NCBI GenBank assembly: GCA_030265395.1
Contig: JARFYF010000051.1
Span: 25,379,515-25,443,514 of the forward strand
Reading direction: 5' to 3'
From: Rhina ancylostomus
Taxonomy: Eukaryota
Length of the DNA: 64,000 bases
Shown piece by piece: positions 52,967 to 63,544 of the stretch (positions are counted from its first letter, which is position 1; each line of letters begins with the position of its first letter). A program made the position numbers and the translations under genes. Under the pieces are notes generated by a model. The model was not told the DNA's origin, searched no databases, and saw only the letters and a list, made by a program, of their open reading frames with translations.

Positions 52967-54110
52967 ACTACAAAATGAGCAATGAAAAGCTTCTGATACT
53001 CAAATGCTGCTGATGGGTGATCTTCAGAAAAAGATCAGATTATTATTTAAAAGGCAAAAGATTGCATCATACTGTTGTTCAGAGGGACTTGGGAGCGCTT
53101 GTGCATGAATCACAAAAGTTTGGTTTGCAGGTCCATCAAGTTATCAAGAAGGCAGATGGAATGTTGGCCTTCATTGTTAGAGGGATCAAATTTAAGAGGT
53201 TATGCTGCAATTGTACAGGGCACTGGTGAGGCCACACCTGGAGAACTGTGTGCAATTCTGGCCTCCTTACTTGAGAAAAGATACACAGCCTTTGGAGACA
53301 GTGCAGAGGAGGTTCACCGGGTTGATTCTGGGGATGAAGGGATTAGCCTATGAGGAGAGACTAAGTTACCTGGGACTATACTCACTGGAATTCAGAAGAA
53401 TGAGAGGGGATCTTATAGAAACATATAAAATTATGAAAGGGATAGATAAGAGAGAGGCAGGAAAGTTGTTTCCACTGGTAGGTGAGACTAGAACTAGGAA
53501 CATAGCTGCAAGATTCTGGGGAGTAGATTTAGGATGGGGATGAGGAGGAACTGGTTTTGGCAGAGCAGTGAATCTGTGGAATTCTCTGCCCAGGGAAGCA
53601 GTAGAGGTGATCTCATTAACTATATTTAAGACACAGATAGATAATTTTGTTACTATGCAAAAATCTAAAAATTATGGGGAAGAGGCATGAAGGTGGAGCT
53701 GAGTCCACGGCCAGATCAGCCCTGATCTTAATGAATGGTGGAGCAGGCTCAACGGGCCAGATGGCCTATTCCTGCTCCTATTTCTTATGTTCAGGACTTT
53801 AGCTGCATACCATAGCCTTTCAGCTGCCTCTGGTGCAGTGTGGACCAGCCAGTGATCCAGCCAGTCATGACAGCCTTGGTGGCTGGGATGGCCATGGAAA
53901 AGATGTACTGCCATTCTGAGCGTGGGAACTGTGTCACTCCAAACTCCCACTGCTCAGCATGAAAACAAACTGACAGAGGCCCATAATCTAATTTATCCAT
54001 GTCCATTTGGTTTCTAGAACAGAAAATATGGATCCTCAAGCCTGTCCAGCACTAATATGGATCGAGGGATGCTGCTACCGATGTCCAAGACACTAATGCA
54101 TGACCAGTGT
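52967..54110 (+). pseudogene. Nesprin exon relic split by a CR1 insertion, plus the next exon
   Basis: cccacag|LQN..NEKL [CR1] FRTLAAYHSLSAAS..WDG/MEK/TAIL (cf. HERL..YRRLARENRTDTAS..RWDNLQKRVTSIL); then AQHE..SMSIWFLE/MDPQ/VQH..DVQ (cf. GQREE..SILVWLTEMDLQ..IEH..DVQ). Confidence 0.75.
53028..53789 (+). mobile_element. 5'-truncated CR1 LINE, relatively young
   Basis: MLQLYRALVRPHLENCVQFWPPY..RMRGDLIETYK, tail ggcctattcctgctcctatttcttatg, flanked by TTCAG direct repeats. Confidence 0.95.
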
Positions 54111-54473
54111 ACAGAGGCCAGCTGCAGTGCCCTGTGTGGTGACCATACATTCCATAGCCAGGTGCCTGTAGTTGGGAGTGGCTGCATTTACAGTCACTAA
54201 TGTGCTGGAGAACCCCACTAGTTGTCAGTACAAAGGATGCAATATGAAGGACTGTTGCCCTCAAAGTCCTAACCTCTGTCCTTTCTACACGAATTAGGAG
54301 ATTGAACTCTCCCATAAACCTTTTCCTGAGATCTTCATCATTGACTGAAAGTTAGCCATGAGCAAATAACTGACTATCTCTTTTTAAAAGCATGAGAGTG
54401 AATGGTGGTGCATCCTCAAGAGGGCTCTCCCCCTGCATGCTACACCTCAGCTTAAGTTTAGGACAAGAGACAG

Positions 54474-54660
54474 GCATTTGGTGTTTGCTGTAAATGTTAA
54501 TGATAACAGAATATTGGCAGCACTATTCACCAGCAGATTGCTGTGATATGTTGGTGAGGAAGTCCAGTATGATAAAGGGAAGCTGCCCAATTCCCTGCTG
54601 TGCATTGCCTTCAGCCTCAGCCTTCTACATGTTTCAGGTCCCCACTTTGCTCAATGTTAT
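54474..54660 (+). pseudogene. Nesprin exon relic, repeat preceding the adaptive domain
   Basis: acag|AF..VNVNDNRI / CDMLVRKS / HCLQ resembles recalled AFQQEISLNHNKI..GEQLIEKS..YCQE. Confidence 0.7.
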
Positions 54661-54794
54661 TAATATCTTTTATATCTATCAATATTAACCCTTCCCCTGA
54701 AGCCAGCCCATCTCCTGTTTTTTTCATCCCTTTACTGATAAGTGTTAACTTATCCTTACATTGCATTATGCTTTAGCAGAGCAGCGAAAAGTAT

Positions 54795-55050
54795 AGACAG
54801 CATCCTCCCCTCCATGGACTCTGTCAATACTCCTCACTGCCTCGGTAAAGCTGCCAGCATAATCAAAGACTCCACCCACCCTGGACATTTTCTCTTCTCC
54901 CCCTCCGATCGGGCAGAAAATNNNNNNNNNNNNNNNNNNNNNNNNNNNNNNNNNNNNNNNNNNNNNNNNNNNNNNNNNNNNNNNNNNNNNNNNNNNNNNN
55001 NNNNNNNNNNNNNNNNNNNNNATTATGCTAACCACTACACTACTGTGCCT
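54795..55050. mobile_element. Rex1-like fragment (+) and SINE head (-) around a gap
   Basis: LPSMDSV..HCLGKAASIIKD; gctaaccactacactactgtgcc. Confidence 0.7.
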
Positions 55051-55104
55051 GACATTAAACTAAAGTGACAGTATTGGCCCCTAATGATCTGTGCTGTTCT
55101 TTGT

Positions 55105-55262
55105 GATGAGTAGCAGAGTTATCCCTCGTGTCCTGGCCAATATTTATCCCTCAGAACGAAGATACTGAGACTACTGAATCATTATTCCATTGTGTTTGTA
55201 TGACCTTCTTGATGTATGACCTGCAGATTGATTGCCGTGTTTCCAATGTTGCCAATAATGAC
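55105..55262 (+). mobile_element. Deu-domain SINE (SacSINE1/AmnSINE1-like) fragment
   Basis: gtgtcctggccaatatttatccctca..tcattattccattg..attgattgccgtgtttcc matches the recalled Deu-domain core. Confidence 0.75.
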
Positions 55263-55779
55263 TTATTCTGTAAGTGTTCAGAGTGGGTGGTAGATTTGGT
55301 CCTCTGGGGGGTGACCTCATGTACAAAGGAGGCTTTTCAGAATTTGCTGAGGAAGCGCGTGGAGAGGTGTCCCCTAGGAGGCATTGTGGTAGGTATTTGG
55401 GAATTTTAACCTTCTGGAGGAATGTGAGAGAGATCTTGGAGGTGACCTCCAGTGACTGGCAAGGATGTACAGGGAACGCTATCTAGGACTTGCTCAGGAG
55501 GTGCGTGGAGAGATGACTTCCAGTAGGCACCATGAGAGGTTTCTAGGAGATGATGTCCAGGAGTTCCAAATGTACAGTGGATCCATCCTCACTGTGTGCT
55601 CGAGTTGTAGCTCTTTCCAGTCGCTGAATATATCCGCTCCATCTGAAGACAGCCAACTTACTGTGAACTGCTGCCCTGAGTGGTAGCTGCAGAATTTGTA
55701 ACAGACTACCTCAAAGCTATCGTTGTTCTTTGCCTCTATGCATTTGCGACCTCGTGGCCCCTAACCTGATGAGGCAGGT

Positions 55780-56640
55780 GTCTGGAGGCTGTCTTGCTGC
55801 AGAAAAGTCAGATGACCACAATCTGATGTATGGACATTGGTCAGCGTCAGTAGCTGAGAAATATCCTGTTATCTGCTGTTTTCTGTGCCATTGGAATTGG
55901 CCAGTAAACAGAACAGGACACTCACCAACTTTTATCGAAGCACCATAGAAAGTATCCTAACTAGATGCATCACGGCTTGGTATGGCAGCTGCTCTGCCCG
56001 GGACCGCAAGAAACTGCAGACAGTTGTGGACACAGCCCAGTGCATCATGGAAACCAGCCTCCCCTCCATGGACTTTGTCTTTATCTCTTGCTGCCTTGGT
56101 GAAGCAGCCGGCATAATCAAAGACCCCGCCCACCCGGGTCATTCTTTCTTCTCTCCTCTCCCATCAGGTAGAAGATACAGAAGCCTGAGGGCACACACCA
56201 CCAGGCTCAAGGACAGCTTCTATCCCACAGTGACAAGACTATTGAACGGTTCCCTTACATGATGAGATGGACTCTTGACCTCACAGTCTATCTTGTTATG
56301 ACCTTGCACCTTATTGTCTGACTGCATTGCACTTTCTCTGTAACTGTGACACTTTATTCTGCATTCTGTATTGTTTTTCCATGTACTATTTCAGTGCACT
56401 GTGTAATGAATTGATCTGTACGAAGAGTATGCAAGACAAATGTTTCACTGTACCTCGGTATAAGTAACAATAATAAACCAGTTCCAGTTATTTAATCTTG
56501 AAGGTTCTTGGGATGAGAGTGTGCATGAATGAAGTCATCTAATGTACACGAATGGGTTGGTGGGCTTAAGTCATCATCAAGACAACAGTCAAGTGCATGA
56601 CTGAGATGCAGTGAAGTGTCCCATGGGAATTCCACAAGAG
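55780..56640 (+). pseudogene. Nesprin adaptive-domain exon relic, split by a Rex1-like LINE
   Basis: cagcgtcagtagctgagaa..cctgtt..tctgtgccattggaattgg reads QR.S*E..PV..SVPLE(W), cf. ERSGCETPVSVDSIPLEWD. After the LINE comes VGGL/SHHQD, cf. DVGGSSSHEED. Donor gag|gtaat at 56640. Confidence 0.6.
55915..56489 (+). mobile_element. Rex1/Babar-like LINE 3' end
   Basis: TLTNFYRSTIESILTRCITAWYG..LPSGRRYRSL..KDSFYP, plus tail. Confidence 0.9.
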
Positions 56641-56859
56641 GTAATAAGAAGTAGAAAAGGAAGGTTGCTAGTGTGAGCTGCACAAATAGCTGGGAACCAG
56701 GCTGTTGTGGGGGAAAAATATACTTACAGATTCATGGTATGCAAGTAATCACAGGTTTATTCAAGCATATGCAAGGAAGGTTACCACGATTTTTATACAT
56801 CTGAGTGGGGATGCAAGTCAACTGTTGTTACATACATGAGGAGGTTAAGGATGTTTGGC

Positions 56860-57422
56860 TTGTCAATAAACACTAACAAACTTCTACAGATGTACTGTTA
56901 AAAGTGGTTGCATCATGGTCTGGTATGGCAATTCAAATGTGCATGAACACAAGAAGCTGCAGAGAGTAGTGGACTCTGCCTAATACATCACAGGCACTTC
57001 TCTCCCCACCATCGGTAGTATCTGCAGGGGATGCTGCCTCAAGAAGGTAAAAATTATCATCAAAGATCCCCAGCTCCCGGGCCATGCCATCATCTCGCAG
57101 CTACTATCAGGCAGAAGGCACAGAAGCCCAAAATCCCACACCACCAGGTTCAAGAACAGTTACTTCCCTTCAACCATTTGATTCTTGAACCAACTAGCAA
57201 GACCCTAATCACTACAGTTTAGCAACACTCTAACCATGTTGATCACTTGGCACTAAAATGGACTTTTTTTTGTTCTAATTGTTTTCCTGCTTGTAAAAAT
57301 TGTCTATAATTTATGTTTTTCTTGTGAATTCTGCATATATGATGCTATGTGCCTGTGATGCTGCTGCACGTTTTTCATTGCACCTGTGCTTACACGGACA
57401 GGTGACAATGAATTCACCTTTG
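56860..57422 (+). mobile_element. Rex1/Babar-like LINE 3' end, second subfamily
   Basis: aaacttctacagatg..ccaggttcaagaacagttacttccc, with a distinct 3' UTR. Confidence 0.8.
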
Positions 57423-57696
57423 ATTTTGAAAAGGATCTCATCATGTCCTCATCAACCATCTGACCTTTATAACCCTCATCTTTCACTAATTGTCTTTGTT
57501 TCTGTGGTTACTCTCTTTACATCTATCAAAGATCATGCCTAATGTTGTTACATCTGAGATTTGCTCGTGGTCATAATTATTGCTTTTTCTAGAGGTTAAC
57601 TTATTCCCTGACAATGGTCTGACATAAGCAGTTCTGTTGGGCTCATTATTATTTGCCCTGGGAACTATACAAATGGTATCCATCCAACTCTCATTG

Positions 57697-58830
57697 GAAT
57701 TGGAATATTATTCTCACATGTATAGTGAAAAGCTTGTTGTGCATAACGATCATACAGATCAATTTCATTACACGGTGCATTGAGGTAGTACAAAGTAAAA
57801 CAATAACAGAATACAGAATAAAGTGTAACAGCAACAGAGAAAGTACAGTGCAGGTAGCCCAATAAGGTGCAAGGTGATAACAAGGTAGATTGTGAAGTTA
57901 AGGGTCCACCTTATTGCACTAGGGAACCATCCCATAGTCTTATAACAGCAGGGTAGAAGCTGTCCTTGAGCCTGGTGGTACATGCTGTCAGTATCTTCTG
58001 CCCAATGGGAGAGCAGAAAAGTGAGAATATCCAGGGTGGGTGGGGTCTTTGATTATGCTGGCTGTTTTACTGAGACAGCAAGATGTATAGACCATTGAGG
58101 GGAGGCTGGTTTCCATGATGTGCCGAGCTGTGTCCACAACTCTCTGCACTTTATTGCAGTCTCGAGCAGAGCAGTTGTCATACCAAGCCATGATACATCC
58201 AGGTAGGATACTTTCTCTGGTGCATCAATAAAAATTGGCAAGTCTTGACGGGGACATGCCAAATTTCTTTAGCCTCCTGAGGAAGTAGAGACACTGGTGA
58301 GCTTCCTTGGCTGTGGTGTCTATATTGTTGGACCAGGACGGGCTAATGGAGATGTTCACCCCAAGAAACTTAAAACTCTGAACTCTCTCGACCTCAGCAC
58401 ATTGATGTAAACAGGAGCCTGTGCACCACCCCCTTCCTGAAGCTAACAACCAGCTCTTTTGTTTTGCTGATATTGAGGGAAAGGTTGTTGTCATGACACC
58501 ATGTCACTAGGATCTCTATCTCCTTCCTGTACTCTGACTCATTGTTATTTGAGATACGGCTCACTATGGTGGTATCAGCTGCAAACCTGTAGATGGAGGT
58601 AGAGCAGAATCTGGCTACACAGTCATGAATGTATAGGGAGTAGAGTAGGAGGCTGAGGATGCAGCCCTGTGGAACACCAGTGTTGAGAAAAATCCTGGAG
58701 GAGGTGTTGCTGCCTAAACTCACTGATTGCGGTCTGTTGGTCAGGAAGTCAAGAATCCAGTTGCAGAGGGAAATGTTGACTCCCAGGCCTCAGAGTCTGG
58801 TGATGACTTTGCTTGGAGGTTTGGTATTGA
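57697..58830 (-). mobile_element. Rex1/Babar-like LINE RT fragment
   Basis: [57 protein letters not shown]. Confidence 0.92.
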
Positions 58831-59391
58831 AGACTTGAAAGCTCAAGATAGTTGTGGAGAAGCTAACCTGGGAAAGAGAGAGTTCTCCTTCCTGCTCACT
58901 ACAGATATCACCACAGTATCAATAACTAATCTAGCTATTATTGTTTTTTTCAGTCAGTGTTAGCACTCATCCCCATGAAAGAATGCACTTCCCTTTAAGG
59001 AGTGTTGAATTCCTATATTTAACTGTTCCCTCCAAATGAGTTGTCCATTACAACCAGATTGTTGCTGAGAACTTGTCCTAAGTATTAAATTTAGGTTGAC
59101 TGCAAAAAAGAACCTCACTGTGCAATGAATAGTGACTCAGGGCATAGTCACCATGCCCCATGCTGACTCATAGCCAGTAAAACGCCTTTTTGATTAAATG
59201 GGATTAAGGGACATTTACTATGATGAGTAAATTTTATACAGCCAACTTGCTCATTTTCCATTGAAAAAATATGCATCAGTGCAGGAATTGTTGCAACCAT
59301 TTGAGGGTGTTCAGTAAAATTTATTATTGCAAATTTTTATTCAAGGTAAAAATTCATTCATTATATTGAAGACAGAGAACTTACTTCCATC

Positions 59392-59690
59392 ATTAACAAC
59401 ATCCATCATTAAGTATCCTCACTACCCGAGACATGTCTGCTTCATGTTACTACCATCAGGGAGGTGGTTCAGGAGCCTGAAAACCTACACTCAAGATTTC
59501 AGGAACAGCTTCTTCCCTTCCACTATCATATTCTGAACAGTCTATGAACACTACCTCGTTATTCCTCTTTTGCACTATTTATTTATTTTTATAACTTCTA
59601 GTAATTTTTGTGTCTTGTTCTATACTGCTGCCACAAACCAACAAATTTCATGACATACGTCAGTGATAACAAACCTGATTCCGATTCCTC
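59392..59690 (+). mobile_element. Rex1-like LINE 3' fragment
   Basis: SIIKYPHYP..LLPSGRWFRSL..RNSFFP, tail aacaaacctgattccgattc. Confidence 0.8.
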
Positions 59691-60044
59691 AATTTGGAAA
59701 AAGTAGCAAAAGTAAAGCAGAGATACTTAAAACTGAAAACAACTGTTTCCCACAACATTATTCAAATAAAACAAACAGCAATTTAATCACAACTTATCTC
59801 TTACATGACATGTTCTCCTTCTTGTTGTGTACCATTCACCAATTTACCATTGATTTCCGCATACCATTGTTCATCTTCAACTTCTGTTAAGTGACAAGCA
59901 CAATGTTATGCACAGGCATAAAGCTGTACCAAGTTTAACATTCACATATATTGTTGACGCCAAAAATGTGAACATGGTGTGGATGTTTTCACTTTGCTCC
60001 ACAGCTTCTGGTTTAAGGTATCATGTCGTCTTCACTTCAGTCTG

Positions 60045-60140
60045 CTATTAGTAGCTTGTATTTGACTCTGGACTCTAATCCAGAGCATGGGTCTATTAGT
60101 AGCTTGTATTTGACTCTGGACTCTAATCCAGAGCATGGGT
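60045..60140 (+). repeat. Perfect 48-bp tandem duplication
   Basis: ctattagtagcttgtatttgactctggactctaatccagagcatgggt x2. Confidence 0.97.
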
Positions 60141-60646
60141 TGAGTTTCATTTGGTTCTGATTCCATTTACAAAGGTATTAACATTAACCATAAGCTCATT
60201 GAAAGTTCCCTCTGTTTCTTCATGGGCCATCAGCCAATTGTGCTGCATACCAGTTACCATGCCAATCTTTCCCCCTGAATTAGAAACCAAAAACCGAGAA
60301 GGAAAGAAAAAAGTCCTTCTGAAACAAATGATCGAGTAATTTGTCATTATTGAAAAATAATTTAACTTTTCTTCTGAAAGCCTTTGAAATTTTTAATTTA
60401 TTTAGTTCTAAAATTTTAGATACCATGGGGTGGAAATGTCTCTTGTAGAATCATGAAAAGCAAGAACTAGAAAATAGCAAATAAATTTCATTGAATCATC
60501 CTATATAATAATTTCTCATTGTTTAAAAATAATTGCATCACTAACTATACCCTTCACTTTTCACAACACATATCTTAAGAATACATATAGACAGAAAGTA
60601 CAATAAAAGCAAATTTAAATTGTAAGTACTTCTGTTTTCTTTGCAG

Positions 60647-60900
60647 ACTTGACATTATCATTTAATAATGCGCAGGCTTATAATAGGAGCTGTGCTGATA
60701 GGTTTTGACTTGAACACTTTCCAGTGGAATAATTTTGCATGATTTTGCAATTGTGATTTATGCTGAGCCTTGTGAACTGGGTCACAGAGAGAGAGGAAGC
60801 TACTCAGGAGACACAGATACAAGGCTGGAACAAAATGCAAGATTTTCAACTGAAGGGATTTGAGATGAAAGAGCACTCCAAATGACAGAAAACACCAGAG
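60647..60900 (+). pseudogene. Nesprin exon relic, penultimate repeat first half
   Basis: ttttctttgcag|..AQAYN/EL..QWNNF/NCDL/SLVNWVTEREE/RLEQ..STE..LQM|gcaagt resembles recalled AQALSKEL..KWQQFNSDLNSIWAWLGDTEEE..RLELSTD..LQI. Confidence 0.75.
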
Positions 60901-62807
60901 GCAAGTACAAGATGGTGCTTCTTCTACCAGCAGGCAGAAGTAAAGATCAAGCTGCGAAGCAAAGAAAAAATGATTCTTTTCCCCCTAGACACAGTTTACT
61001 CTCTTGCAACCTTGGATTTTTTTTTCAGGCTTTAATTGTTTGAATTGTAACATTTCAGTACATGTTATATTTATTCACTAGTACATAAAAGAGGAAACTA
61101 TTTACCTTATAATTACTAGCTGATATCATAAAGTTAAAACATGTCTGTTTAAGAATTAGTTCTACAGACATGATGGAACTAGTTCAGTTCTCTGTTTGGG
61201 TCACTTATGCTTTTTGCACTTACAGCTTCTGCCATTTGACTTGTCTCTGCCTCCAGTGTTTGCTACAGCCTTAATTTAAAACATTAAATGACTCAGTTTG
61301 TTAAATTTATCTCCTCTCCTTGTATTCATGCAAGTTTAGCTTCTTGGTTCTCTTTTAATCTCGAATACGATCAGTTTTCATTTACTTTTTTAAAAATTTC
61401 ACCTCCATTTATCTCCAATGCCTAAGGAATCAGTAAATTGTATCATTAAATTCTTCAATTGAATAATTTTTGGTGACATTATATACTATAAAATTAGAAA
61501 ATGCTGGAAGTACTCCCACATTAGAAGCAAGCATGCACAGCACGATTCTGAAGGTGCAACTATGAACATTAAATGACTCAGTTGGTTAAATTCATCACAA
61601 AACTGGCTGGTTGTTTGACTTCAACATTCATATTTGGTTCAATGAGGCCAACAACTGATAGCAGAGTTGGTGCTGTGGAGTAACATTTTCTTCTTCATAA
61701 CTGAGACTTGATTCACACAGGGATGAGGAAGGGGAAATGTAATATAAAAAGATTCCAAGTAAAATTACAATCTGAAAGCAGTTCCTTATATTAATGGTGA
61801 TATTAAAATGGCTATAAACATTGTTCTAGAATGGGAAACAATAATCCTCTTCTGGATCTGGGTATTATTCTGAGTTATTCTGAGTGTTATTCTGAGTGGC
61901 TATTTCCTTCTCTTAGTTTTATGCAGCAGGGAAATCTCCAAGTTATATTTCTTGCACACTACTCAATGTTGGTATCATTCAGGCCACCTTCACCCTGACT
62001 CGTGTGTTCGATCCGAACAAATGTTCAGCATTCTTACATTCATTCCTTCTACCCATCTCCACATTTACACTTGGATCACACTTGGCTGTCACACACACAA
62101 TCTTACATATTCATCAGCTCTCATGCACACTGAGCTCTCGCTCATACATCTCCCACATGCACACCGCTGCTCACAAATACTCTGATCACATGCATTCAGC
62201 AATTGGACAAACAACTCTTTGGCATGCTCCTCAGATTGATAGCTTTTAACTTGCACTTAGTTCCTCTCATCCACTTAGTTCTGACAAATGGATACTTACT
62301 ACTCTTGCACTTAATTCTCAAAAACACTCACTCTTCAAACCACAGGAAATTTCTAAAGAATAATGCCAAATTATAAAGACATTGCAGGAAAAACATGCAA
62401 GTATTTAAAGGATTCTGCAGACTAATGTTGGTCAGGCACTAAAAAAATCTTAACAAAATAGCATTGCTATTTATAATCCTATACTTCAAACTAAGTTGTT
62501 TTATTTTAAACACTACAAATCTTAATGGATTTGGGAGACATACAAGGAGTGGCATACTGCATAATGTACGTCTTCCCAACACTTCCACCCTTTACCTCCC
62601 TAGAGACTTTTAATATTTGTTAATATTTGTTAGTATTGCGATGACTCCAGCAACCATGGCAATGCAAGTCACAGTGACATCACTTTCTAACAATTTGAAT
62701 TGTCCTGAATACCAAGTCCCTTTCCTGAGATGGAATAGGCTGATGTTATTCCACTGAACCCAAAAGCATTCTTCCTGGAAAACTAAAAGGCCCAATTATC
62801 TTCACAG

Positions 62808-63300
62808 AAGAGCAGAACGTATGAAGCAGAACATTGTACAATAAGTTACACCCAAGCAGTGAGCATCCAGTTTTTTTCTGAACGCCAACCTCAAGTTTAC
62901 TGAAAGTGATGGGTCTGAGGAGTAAACAGCTGCTGAGTGCTAAAAGAAAAACCTCAGTGAAATGGAGTGTGCCAAGCCAAGGGCAAAGAGGAGGTTGTGG
63001 TTTTGGACTACTAGGATGATAAATTCAATATAATGCAAAGGTTCAATGATCTGAAGGGATGGTGCAAGCTAAACCACTTTGACACTGCCCATTCCAAAAT
63101 GGTTTGCTGCTTATTACCTCCCAAACCCACCCGAAATCTCACAGCTTTCATGAAGTATAAAAATATCAAGTAACATTTGTTTTGCTGCAGTTTCCTCCTT
63201 CTTCCTGATACCTGTGGCTGTTTCTCCAATTACAAGCCTTGGAAGTGTGAAGCATGTGATAAATCTCAACTTACAATTCTGAAGGATCTGTTGACATTAG
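62808..63300 (+). pseudogene. Nesprin exon relics, penultimate and last repeat
   Basis: ttcacag|..KFTESDGSE/SKQL/NLSEM..I*CK|gt (cf. EFTQADSKESRDL..RLSQM..MQCQ); then tgctgcag|FLLL/LWL..DKSQLTILKD. Confidence 0.6.
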
Positions 63301-63350
63301 AATACATTGAAAACGACCATACTTTCCTGATATTTGTATTATTCTTGCAG

Positions 63351-63544
63351 GAGTTAATAACTTGCACTGTTTGAAACTGATACTTTACCAAGAAGAGAAG
63401 CAGCAGGTGATAGGGACCATTCTGGTTGTCTTGCTCTGCCCCAACATTAAGTGTTTTTACCTTTGCAAACATCTGTGCAACACAGAGCAGTTAATGAATA
63501 CATCCTTCCTCCATTATACAAATGATGATGGACAAGTCAAGTGA
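63351..63544 (+). pseudogene. KASH-domain-like terminal exon relic
   Basis: ttattcttgcag| then open frame CLKLILYQEEKQQVIGTILVVLLCPNIKCFYLCKHLCNTEQLMNTSFLHYTNDDGQVK*. It aligns nearly gap-free with recalled KASH1 [58 protein letters not shown]. The PPPx tail is lost. Confidence 0.65.

Larger units (their letters stand above)
61..63544 (+). pseudogene. Decayed giant nesprin (SYNE1/SYNE2-like) gene, unitary-pseudogene-like; 5' end (CH domains) lies upstream of the window
   Basis: About 35 + strand segments translate, across stops and frameshifts, into spectrin-repeat and nesprin-specific peptides in the same order as in human nesprin-1/2 (recalled). Many start at a pyrimidine tract + AG and end at GT. 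The series ends with the adaptive-domain motif and a KASH-like exon. Confidence 0.85.

Noticed and set aside
60176-60335. Possible linker exon between the adaptive domain and the next repeat
   Set aside because: Position fits, but peptide similarity is too weak to call.
61-63544. Dystrophin, spectrin or spectraplakin identity, or a processed retrocopy
   Set aside because: Adaptive-domain and KASH-like relics and the exon order point to nesprin. Many relics keep splice sites and intron-like spacers.
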